Shown here: in pieces, positions 51,675-60,514 of the stretch | How positions within the stretch are numbered: position 1 is the stretch's first letter | Layout: each line of letters begins with the position of its first letter | DNA from: Yuukianura sp. NJ FZ-2021 | Taxonomy: Eukaryota | Reading direction: 5' to 3' | Length of the DNA stretch: 64,000 nucleotides | Assembly (NCBI GenBank): GCA_046563655.1 | Contig: CM102285.1 | Span: forward strand, 7,626,001-7,690,000 | Position numbers and translations under genes: made by a program | The notes under the pieces: model-generated | Told to the model about the DNA's origin: nothing | Seen by the model: the letters and a program-made list of their open reading frames with translations, nothing else | The model's database searches: none

Positions 51675-54600
51675 ACTTTATTTAACACAACAGAACTGAA
51701 AAAACTTACACCTGCCAGAGGCAGGTTGAGATATTTAAAGAGGTATTGGAAAAATGTTTAAATCATGTAGATTTCGTAGAGTTCTTTTCCTGACGGTAGG
51801 GTTCCCAATATAGAAGTGGCATTTCCTCTTTGGATGGCAAGGCTAATTCGCTGAAAGAGGAAGGATGTTGCTCGATTGTCACCGGTGGCTTCTGAGAGGC
51901 GATGTCCAATGGAATTGAGTAGACGTCGGCCTTCTTCCCCGAAGACTCCAGTTGTCTCAACTGCAATGATGGAAACAATAAATCGATGGTCAAGGTCACG
52001 GTAGAGGTCATGCTTATGGATTTCGGCAATGGCAGCAGGATGACCAAGAACGGAAGATGATGTTGCAAGGTAGGACGCAGCGAAGGTGTCACGGCAGGTA
52101 AAGTCCCAGGCAAGGGAGCGACCGGATTTCCAAGGGATGAGAGTAATTCCATCAGGTCGTTTCCCATCAGTTCTGGAACAGCCGGAAGGTTCTTTCATGC
52201 AAGGTATCCCTGCTGTCCGAAGTGATCTTGCGATGATGTCGTTTACAGAACCATGTCTTGATTGTCTTCCGGCGCTTCTAGTACAGCTTAGGCCATGTAG
52301 TCCATCACTCAGAACTGAAGTTCCACAGGGGCAACGATGGGGTTGGCAGATTTCTGTTCCTAACCGAACTGAACAGGAGATTCGGAATTGTTCATCGGTT
52401 AGGAGAGTGCCCAGAGGAGAAGATGGAATAGCATTCAACCAGTCACCAGAGTGAGGGGCGCAACCAGCGAGCAAACGGGCTTTGTCGGTTTGAGTAGATG
52501 AGTTTTCGAGTAGAGAGGAGTAAATTTGTTTGAAAATCTGCTGTTCCCATTGCTTTTGGACTTTCCCGTCTTCAGGTGTCTCAAAACCCATTTCGGACCA
52601 ATTGAGAGAAGCGATGTCCACTGAGGTGTCAAATGGCGATAGATGACTTGGAAGAAAGGCAGAGATGAGCTCGGCACAACTATGAACTGAAGCCAAAAAC
52701 GAGAGAGTAGCACAGTTCGAAGCATGACGAACACCTAAGCCTCCTTGATTCACCGGCAATGAAGATTGACACCATGCCTCTTCAGTCAAACTTGAGTTGA
52801 GGATGGATTCCAGTACGGTGCGTAGAGCTGAATCATACTCTAAAAGAAGGTCCGTTTCCAGAAATGATGGAGAACATCTGAGGAAGTACAACAGTCTTGG
52901 GGTTGATATTGAGGCCCGAAGTAAGAAAAATGCTACATGGGCAGGCAGGGAGGAGAGTTTTGAAGATAGTGTTTTGAAGTCTTCAGTCTTCAACTTGAGA
53001 ATGCGTCTTGAAGAATCTTTGAAGAGAGGGGCTCCCAAGAGTTCCGCTTGGTCTTTCTCAGGAAAAACAAGTTCAGGAGAAAGTGCTTTGAAGGCGCTGG
53101 AAATCAATTTTCTTTCATCGTTGTCAGCAGATAGAATAATTATTTCACACTTCTTCATGTTGAGGTGTAGTCCAAATGATGGGGCATTTGATTGGATCGT
53201 TTTGAGATTCTCGAGAATTACATCTGGAGAGTCAGCCAGAGTGGCGTCATCCAAGTACCAACAATTGAATTCGGTGGTTAAAGATGAGGCCAGTGGATGA
53301 ATGGTTAAGGCAAAGAGTGCAGGTCCTAGGGGATCCCCCTGCTGGATGCCTAACTTTGATTTGATGCAGTTCTCATTGTAGAATAGGTCAGTTTCGATGG
53401 AGTAAGCTTGAGACACAAAATTGAAGAAATCCGGGAGATGGAGTTTCACGGTGTTCAGCATCTCGTCTCTTCGGAGGAGATTGAAGGCATTAGTAAAGTC
53501 TAGTTTCACGAGAACTTTTGGCGATGAGTGATTGGCGTTGCAGTATATCCGGGCAGCATGGGCGACGGCTTCGGCTCCGTTCTTGACGCCGACCCCTACT
53601 TGAATTGGGCTCAAGACGGACGTGATAATGTTCATCGAGCGAGACAGGATCAGTTTCGATGCAAGGCGTCTCCACGTCAGGCCGATGGCGATTGGCCGGA
53701 TTCCACCCTTTTTCTTTTGTATCGCAATTAGAGAAGCGCCAAAGAAGATTGGTCGTATGTCGTCAGGCAGAGATCCATTGGTGATGAGGTTGCACAGCTT
53801 AGAGATGGAAGAGAGAAGTGTTAAACCTGCATCGCCAGAAGATTTTGATGTTAGCTCCTTTAGAATTTGCGGACGAAGGGAGTCAAGGCCACCGGAGGAA
53901 CCGTTTGGAAATGAAGAAATGGATTTCAGGATGTCACAGTCTTCGAAGATGTTGTCTTTTTGAGGTGGTGGGTTCGGTAAGTTGATAGGCATTGGGTGAG
54001 TCGGGTGTAGTTGGTTGAGAGCATCAATAGTAGAAGAGTCATCCGGGGCAGAACAGTCGTCAGAACATAGAACTCGGATGGATCCACGGATGTCACCGTC
54101 GGCGAGTTTAGATTGGACGAGTTTAGAACAGTTCCACTGTGTTGATGTTTGTACTTGACGCGTCAGGTTGTAATTAGATGTTAAGTTGAATGTAGATGGC
54201 GGAGAGATGGTGTTGAAGCGGTCGACATTTGACTTTACCCATTTGGTGAGGTTCGGTATCTGTTTGTCTTCTTTCTTCGGGAGATGAAGTACGGTATAAG
54301 GAAAGAGGAAAAGTTTTTCCCAGGCTTCAGAAGAGTTCTGGACAACGACTTCATCTATGACGGCGGAGAGTTTGGATGCCACAGCTTGTCGAGCTCCCTT
54401 GGGAATGTGTTTGAGAGTTTGAATCGATTTTTTTAAAACTGCGAGGCGGGAGCCAATGGAAAGAACCGGAGATGATTCAGCAGAGAGGTTGGACCATGCG
54501 ATCCCAAGATACGACTGCTCAATGTGCTTTCGTCCGCTTGCTCTTGTTTTGATGACGTTAGGAAATATTTTCTTGAGTTTTGAACCCATGGTAGTGTCCG

Positions 54601-55337
54601 ATAGTGGTTTGATATGAACTGATGCGCAGAAGAGGTGATATTTTTCTTTAAATTCTTGCTTTTTCATCAAACCACCGGAGACTAGGCGGATATTGTTGGA
54701 GATCCAGTCGTCACTTAGTTTAGAAATTACAGATTTGCTTCGAGTCTCGGTAGTAGAAGTACGATTGGAGAATGTCTGATGTCTGGCTGAATCGTCAACT
54801 CCCAATCCGCAGTCATCTAATGATGACCCGATTCCGGGAATCTCCACGATTGTAGTGTCACAGATCGATGTTTCAGGTTCAGTTTGAAGTACATTGGAAT
54901 TGGAAGAACAGTCTGAATTAAAGATGTTTTGAAAGTTTTCTTGAAAGTTCGGATTTATGTTTGAATTGAAGCTTTCCATTTTCCAAGTTGTAGTTGTCAA
55001 GCCGATGTGTTTCACAGTTCTCAATCCAGAAATTATCGAAGAAGAGACGGAACAAGATAATATTGTCCTGGAGATGAGCAATTGAAGTTTTGTTTGTTTG
55101 AGTTATGAAATGTTTGAGAGCGTATTTTGACGTCAAATTTTCAGCCCTTTGGACGGCGATAGTGGGCCAGTTGACAGGAGTCCGGATGTTGAATGGATGA
55201 AAAAGTATGTCAAAAGATGCGCGACAATGAGATGAACACTTTGATGTAAAGAAGATGGAATTTTGCGCTCTAAATCACTCTCAAAAAATCAAAAACTCGG
55301 GAGCAGCATTTTGCGTGTTGCTTGTTTTGTGTGGAAA
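51675..55337 (-). mobile_element. Full-length CRE-clade (RLE-type) non-LTR retrotransposon
   Basis: 11-bp TSD AGCTAAAGCTA (51664-51674, 55338-55348); single ORF; short 3' UTR with hairpin ACCTGCC-TCT-GGCAGGT ending at AATAAA. Confidence 0.9.
51758..54979 (-). CDS. RFX-like winged helix + reverse transcriptase + CCHC + restriction-like endonuclease polyprotein
   Basis: IRPIAIG, QVGVG, LDFTNAFN, QQGDPLGP, WYLDD (CRE-type RT); CPCG...HGLSC, RH, RPDG...WDFTC (RLE). First ATG at 54979; the frame is open to 55081. Confidence 0.93.
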   Translation of the reverse strand: MESFNSNINPNFQENFQNIFNSDCSSNSNVLQTEPETSICDTTIVEIPGIGSSLDDCGLGVDDSARHQTFSNRTSTTETRSKSVISKLSDDWISNNIRLVSGGLMKKQEFKEKYHLFCASVHIKPLSDTTMGSKLKKIFPNVIKTRASGRKHIEQSYLGIAWSNLSAESSPVLSIGSRLAVLKKSIQTLKHIPKGARQAVASKLSAVIDEVVVQNSSEAWEKLFLFPYTVLHLPKKEDKQIPNLTKWVKSNVDRFNTISPPSTFNLTSNYNLTRQVQTSTQWNCSKLVQSKLADGDIRGSIRVLCSDDCSAPDDSSTIDALNQLHPTHPMPINLPNPPPQKDNIFEDCDILKSISSFPNGSSGGLDSLRPQILKELTSKSSGDAGLTLLSSISKLCNLITNGSLPDDIRPIFFGASLIAIQKKKGGIRPIAIGLTWRRLASKLILSRSMNIITSVLSPIQVGVGVKNGAEAVAHAARIYCNANHSSPKVLVKLDFTNAFNLLRRDEMLNTVKLHLPDFFNFVSQAYSIETDLFYNENCIKSKLGIQQGDPLGPALFALTIHPLASSLTTEFNCWYLDDATLADSPDVILENLKTIQSNAPSFGLHLNMKKCEIIILSADNDERKLISSAFKALSPELVFPEKDQAELLGAPLFKDSSRRILKLKTEDFKTLSSKLSSLPAHVAFFLLRASISTPRLLYFLRCSPSFLETDLLLEYDSALRTVLESILNSSLTEEAWCQSSLPVNQGGLGVRHASNCATLSFLASVHSCAELISAFLPSHLSPFDTSVDIASLNWSEMGFETPEDGKVQKQWEQQIFKQIYSSLLENSSTQTDKARLLAGCAPHSGDWLNAIPSSPLGTLLTDEQFRISCSVRLGTEICQPHRCPCGTSVLSDGLHGLSCTRSAGRQSRHGSVNDIIARSLRTAGIPCMKEPSGCSRTDGKRPDGITLIPWKSGRSLAWDFTCRDTFAASYLATSSSVLGHPAAIAEIHKHDLYRDLDHRFIVSIIAVETTGVFGEEGRRLLNSIGHRLSEATGDNRATSFLFQRISLAIQRGNATSILGTLPSGKELYEIYMI

Positions 55338-55351
55338 AGCTAAAGCTACTT

Positions 55352-56595
55352 AATAAACCGGTTGTAAACCGCCCATACTGATAATTGCGAAGCAATAGGC
55401 CCCCCGAAGGGGGTTTATTCCCCTCACTTTCCTGCCTCCCCCCCCCCGGGGGAGTGGGGGCGTGTTTTCCCCACGTTCCCGCCCCCCCCCGGGAGTAGGG
55501 GTGTGTTTTCCCGCTTTTTTGCTCCGCACCCCAGGAGGCGTGGGGGTGTGTTTCCCCCACTTTCCCGCCCAACCCCCGGGGTAGTGGGGGTGTGTTCCCT
55601 GCACTTTCCCCCCCCCCCCAGGGGGTTTGACAGGTGAGACGTGACAGCTGAGGCGTGACAGGTGACACCCGGCAAGTGACAGTTGCGGGTGACAGGTGAC
55701 ACGCGGCATGTGACATGTGACAGGTGACACCCGGTATATGACAGGTGACACCCGGCATGTGACAGATGATACCCGGCACGTGACAGGTGACAGATGACAC
55801 CCGGAAAGTAACAGGTGACAGCTGACACCCGGCAAGTGACAGGCGACACCCGGAAAGTGACAGGTGACACCCGGAAAGTGACAGGTGACACCCGGAAAGT
55901 GACAGGTAAGAGGTGACACCCGGAAAGTGACAGGTGGCAGCTGACACGCAGCACGTGACAGCTGACACCCGACACGTGAGTGAAAGTTGACAACTCTCAC
56001 CCGGCAAGTGACACGTGACACCCGGCACGTGAGTGACAGGTGACAACTGACACCCTGCAAGTGACAGCCGTGACAGGTGACACGCGGCACGTGACAGGTG
56101 ACAGGTGACACCCGGTATGACAGGTGACATCCGGCGCGTGACAGGTGACACCTGGCACGTGACAGATGAAGTGACAGATGAAGTGTGACAGTTGACAGTT
56201 GAGTGTGTTAGTCAACTGCGTAGTGGATTTTTTGCTAAGCATAGAACCAAGGCCCATGCCAATTGCCTTTCCAGTCTCACAAGCAGAGTTTTTGTTACAC
56301 ACACTTGCATTACAAATGACCTTTGAAATTCATTTTGACCCGGAAGCAGGTGTCCTATGGTCACACATTACACACATGTTACCGGGGATAAAACAGGTTA
56401 ACCTTGACCTTTGACCCGGAAGGAGTTGACACCCGGGGGTCATATTCAATAGTGACCAAGCCCGGGTCATGACATGGTCACTGGTGAAAACCGGAATGAA
56501 ATCGGACCAGTAGTTTCCGAGGTACGTGATCCGGACGGACGGACAGAGGGACGGACGGGCAGACAAACCTCTTTTATCATAATAGCTTCGCTATT
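55352..56595 (-). mobile_element. HINE copy with a long GTGACAG array
   Basis: Same termini and modules as 44519-45670. Confidence 0.85.
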
Positions 56596-57194
56596 ATAAC
56601 AATTTAACTGCAGTTGAAAATGTTAGTTTGAGTCCAGTTTAAAATTTCAGAGTTTGTTCAGTGGCCCCAAATAAAAGTTGTTGATTTGTTCAAATTTTTG
56701 CGCAGTGTTACTTTAGTCTTTGCGTAATTAGCACAAAGGTCATTGATTCGCGGGGTTAATCAGGAATAAGTTCCCCAAAGATCACGTGACCTCCTGTTTT
56801 GGACTTTTGCAACTCTGCGACATATCCATTTCTAAACATTCATATGCATAGGAAAGCAAATATATATTAAGTGAAATTCCTTCAAAAAAGTGCTGTTTTG
56901 TTGTTGAGAACAACAAAACTTTTCAAAAATTGAAACTGCAAAATCAATATCTTGTCAAGTGGAAAAACTTTTTGAAATGAATAGACAAGGTTTGACTACT
57001 AGCACCTCGAAAACTTTGTTTAGACTAAAAGTGAACAAAGTATTTTTAAACAAAATAAAATTTGTAATTACCATTGTGCAATTTTGTGAAAAGTTGTCAG
57101 GCAGGAGTTTCAAAAACTCCCAAATCCACGGAGCAACAAGTGGTTAAGGCCAATCTAACTTAGGTCAAAGGTCAACGGTGTAGATTTATCAAGT

Positions 57195-57422
57195 ATGGCG
57201 AGTTCATGGACGAAAATTGACAGTTCGTGGCCGCAGGATCAGTGGGACGCTGTATTGGATTTTTTTGGCCATGACAAGTTCAGTATCTTCGTAAAGGGAA
57301 GTTTCGGTGTGTTCTTTGGTCTCTTTTGATTAGTTGGATCACTATTTACAATTGTTGACCTCACTGGCAAGCCAAAGTTCATGGCCCGGTATAAAATTCA
57401 GGAGAACGTCAAGACATATCCC
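57195..57422 (+). pseudogene. FAXDC2: First exon of a fatty acid hydroxylase domain-containing protein 2-like gene with a premature stop
   Basis: MASSW...QDQWDAVLDFFG...GLF*LVGSLFTIVDLTGKPKFMARYKIQ, then GTAAGT donor; TGA at 57327 replaces the expected Trp. Confidence 0.7.
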
Positions 57423-57490
57423 GTAAGTCTCACCTAATTGTTGGAAGGTGGCGAGAAATTTTGAATTTGAAAACTTAAGAACAGGTTAGG

Positions 57491-57925
57491 TTAGGTTGGA
57501 TCGGCCATTGAACTTGACTCGCCTTCAGGAATTTTATTTGCCTCTGATTCACTTTTAACCCTATCTCTCCGAGAAAGAATACTAGTTATGCTTTCTAAGG
57601 ATACGTCAGCCTCCTGATCAGATCCTCCTGATTCTATGGATCGAAAAGTTTCGTCTGTGCCTGACGGTACTTCCTCAATGTCAGAAGCGAGTTGTGAAAT
57701 ACTAACTTCAATAATCCCTGAATCGCTTGGTCTGGAAGTCTGAGGTAATGTACCTACCTCCGGTACCGCAACACCTGTAGACGAGCCTGGGGGTTGATCA
57801 CCTTGATTTGGTGACTTCGACTTCCCTCGGGCTTGTTTCAAAACAATGGACAAATCGTGAACTCCAAACTCTGGTTCTTGTTGTTGTTTTCTAGTTCGCG
57901 GTGGACTTGAACCTCCTTCGCTCAT
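57491..57925 (-). CDS. Probable Gag N-terminus, truncated at the element breakpoint
   Basis: Ser/Glu-rich disordered 144 aa downstream of PBS and MMP on the same strand; ends abruptly at a TAACC repeat. No diagnostic Gag motif, so the call is positional. Confidence 0.45.
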   Translation of the reverse strand: MSEGGSSPPRTRKQQQEPEFGVHDLSIVLKQARGKSKSPNQGDQPPGSSTGVAVPEVGTLPQTSRPSDSGIIEVSISQLASDIEEVPSGTDETFRSIESGGSDQEADVSLESITSILSRRDRVKSESEANKIPEGESSSMADPT

Positions 57926-58058
57926 TCCACGTTAACTTTAGAATAAAACAAACCATATAAACTCCACCCGACTTGTTATTTGCGTACTAGTTTATTTTCC
58001 GAATGAGTCAATCAATAAATAGGATAATTAAATAGATGTACGAACCTACTGGATACCC

Positions 58059-59441
58059 TTAGGTGCAAAACCAGCAAACTAATACCACAACTATGACTAC
58101 AACAGTAGTACTACCTAAAGCTATTCCTGTTAATGGTAGGCCACCGATAGGTTCCGACACTACCAAAGCCTCAGCGGAATTGCATGGCAACTCCAAATAG
58201 TCCATTAAAGGCTTCACGGAATGTAGGACCAAATTGGTGTCAAAATCTAAAATATGGCTACCATTATACGTGGTGTAGCCTTCCGGATGGATATCAATTA
58301 CGTTAAACGCCTGGGTGAGATTAGTAAGTTGGGGTAGCATGCCTCGTGAGTAGGTCCATTCTTGCAGGAATCTTTGATGTATATAGTACTGTTTCCAGCC
58401 GTTCTCTAACTGTAAATACAGTCGTTTTGGGGATGACAATACACCGATAACTCTAGTTTCATTGATTCCTAGTTCTGTCATTGGTTTGGGATACCCGGGT
58501 GATAATGTTGCTGCGAACCCAAACTCCCAGAGTTGATCATCACCAATGAGAAATGTTTTCTCATAAAATCGGAAAATTAACTCAATTCCCATGTTCGGAG
58601 GGTAATGTTGAAAATAGTTGGCATTGAAAACTTTATACGGAAAAGAGACTTTTCCCTTGGAAAGGCGATAATGGTAGTTGTCATTAAAAATGAAGAACTC
58701 ATTTCCCCACTTTAAAACATGTTCGAAATTCTCCTTACACATACTTTGTATCAAGTTATCCAAGGTAGGGGATGCGTCCCTCCTACCATGCGATAGATTT
58801 CGACTAAATCTATAAAGATCACGCAAGGCATTTCTATCCCTTTTTCCAATAGACATGTTTTTGTCAATGAGATGATACATCGGATGCATCACTGATCCTG
58901 GTACTTCAGAGTGTGATAAGCCTAGTGCATGCCCTATCTCGTGAACCATAACTGAAAATACATCTACTCCTTTTCTACCAGGCGTGGTAGTCCAATTTTC
59001 GGCTGCATCAAAATGAATGTCTCCGCCTAACCCAACATTCGGGTAGTAGGCATGTGCTAAGATCCCTCTTACACCGTCAAAAACCATGACGTCGCCATGA
59101 TAGCCTTTTGCAAATTGAATTGAAATGTCTACAGTTTCATTGACTCTACGACTAAACGTAAAATTCGAAATCTCTTCCCATTTTTGAAAAGCAAACTCAA
59201 AGTTCTCTATGAGATCTTGAAAATCCATCGTAGTGGGAATGTCTTCTTTGACGTCCCAAGTCAAATTTGAAGTTTTCCACTTCCGGTCCAAAATTTGTCT
59301 TTTTCTTCTCATAGGGTACTCCTTCCCCTCATGACAGCGGATGGTATCCTCGTTCTCGTAACTGAGAACGGTAGCCATTGTAGTTGTTGTACAGATCAAG
59401 GTCATCACCCAAATCGAAATAAATCCTATCATCCTCGTCAT
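58059..59441 (-). CDS. Intronless membrane-anchored matrix metalloproteinase (M10A)
   Basis: Signal peptide, RC remnant of the cysteine switch, furin site RRKR, HGD..FDG..G.LAHA, D.HFD..E.W, HEIGHALGLSHS zinc motif, Met-turn SVMHP, hemopexin-like region, hydrophobic C-terminus. Confidence 0.95.
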   Translation of the reverse strand: MTRMIGFISIWVMTLICTTTTMATVLSYENEDTIRCHEGKEYPMRRKRQILDRKWKTSNLTWDVKEDIPTTMDFQDLIENFEFAFQKWEEISNFTFSRRVNETVDISIQFAKGYHGDVMVFDGVRGILAHAYYPNVGLGGDIHFDAAENWTTTPGRKGVDVFSVMVHEIGHALGLSHSEVPGSVMHPMYHLIDKNMSIGKRDRNALRDLYRFSRNLSHGRRDASPTLDNLIQSMCKENFEHVLKWGNEFFIFNDNYHYRLSKGKVSFPYKVFNANYFQHYPPNMGIELIFRFYEKTFLIGDDQLWEFGFAATLSPGYPKPMTELGINETRVIGVLSSPKRLYLQLENGWKQYYIHQRFLQEWTYSRGMLPQLTNLTQAFNVIDIHPEGYTTYNGSHILDFDTNLVLHSVKPLMDYLELPCNSAEALVVSEPIGGLPLTGIALGSTTVVVIVVVLVCWFCT

Positions 59442-60493
59442 TCTAGGAAGATAAATAAAAGGAATTTCAACAATTCCAGTTTCCTAACCTTAACGTCCAA
59501 GTTGTATAAGGTAGGTGACCCATCAATCTTCGGGTCAATCACCCCTCTGATGTGGCTTTAGTTCAGGGTCAGACCAGTTCCTCTCACAATCCCAAAATTT
59601 TTAAAATCTCTAATGCCCTCTTCCGGAGGCAGGGGGTATACTTCAAAACAAAATTGACAACGAGCCTTAGGCTACTGGCCCGGTCAGATGGCATGGATTG
59701 TGAATTTCTGTCGAGCATTCATAGCTCTATAAGCTTCCACAGCTTTTACAAAAATGTAAACGAAACGCCTTAACATTCTTCGGTAGTCCATTGGGCCCTC
59801 TACTACCTTAGCCATCTTACTAAAGGAACATCCCTAACACCTACATCAACACCCTAACTATGATGGACCGCCCAGTTAAGGCGGGTCCACGCCCCTTCGG
59901 ATCCATCGTGATATCTCTAAGTGACCACTCCCCAATCTTGTTCCTACATACTAACTTGTCTCTCGGGAGGTCATGACTCCACCCTCACCAAGTTTTCTGA
60001 TTGTCACCCGACGAAAGAGCAGCTATAGGGCAAAGCCACAGCTATAGCCCGGTCATGATTCCACCGTTTGCTAAGGTCAACTCATTGACCCGACTGGTCC
60101 TTTTCACAAGGAATAATACAATCCAATCCTTTCCGGACACGGAACTCAAGTTCTGTGTTTCACTTAGAGTCTTTACTCCATTGGCCTATCCTAGCCACTG
60201 GAGGGTCAATTGTCTAGTAACTAAAATCCGTAAAATTAGTTGACCTACCTAGAAGAAATCTAACCTAACTTATCGTTCCCTAAAGAAAATAACCTAGACA
60301 GAAAGGAAATTACTAGCCTACTACAACATCTCCTATTGTCCAACAAAACAGTCCTCTAGTCCGGTACCTTTCTCCCACCATACCTTCTACTACATGAATA
60401 GAGGTGCCCATGACCCCTTCTACTTTCTACTTGACTAAATCCCTATTGTTCCAAAAACAAATTCTGAAGACAATAGCGGCTTCCATGACAACC

Positions 60494-60512
60494 AATCCTG
60501 TCACGGTCGCCA
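60494..60512 (-). promoter_or_regulatory. Primer-binding site complementary to tRNA-Arg
   Basis: Minus strand CA-ac-TGGCGACCGTGACAGGATT, matching the 3' end of insect tRNA-Arg(TCG) as recalled. Confidence 0.85.
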
Positions 60513-60514
60513 GT

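Noticed and set aside
44332..56566. Many long Gly/Pro- or CHL/VTC-rich ORFs (also 11130-11822)
   Set aside because: They are open in several frames on both strands because the HINE tandem repeats lack stop codons; there is no protein signal.
57483..57497. (TTAGG)n at the gag breakpoint as telomerase healing
   Set aside because: Only 2-3 units, and the same motif is scattered across the window (for example ~19960, ~43290, ~47415).
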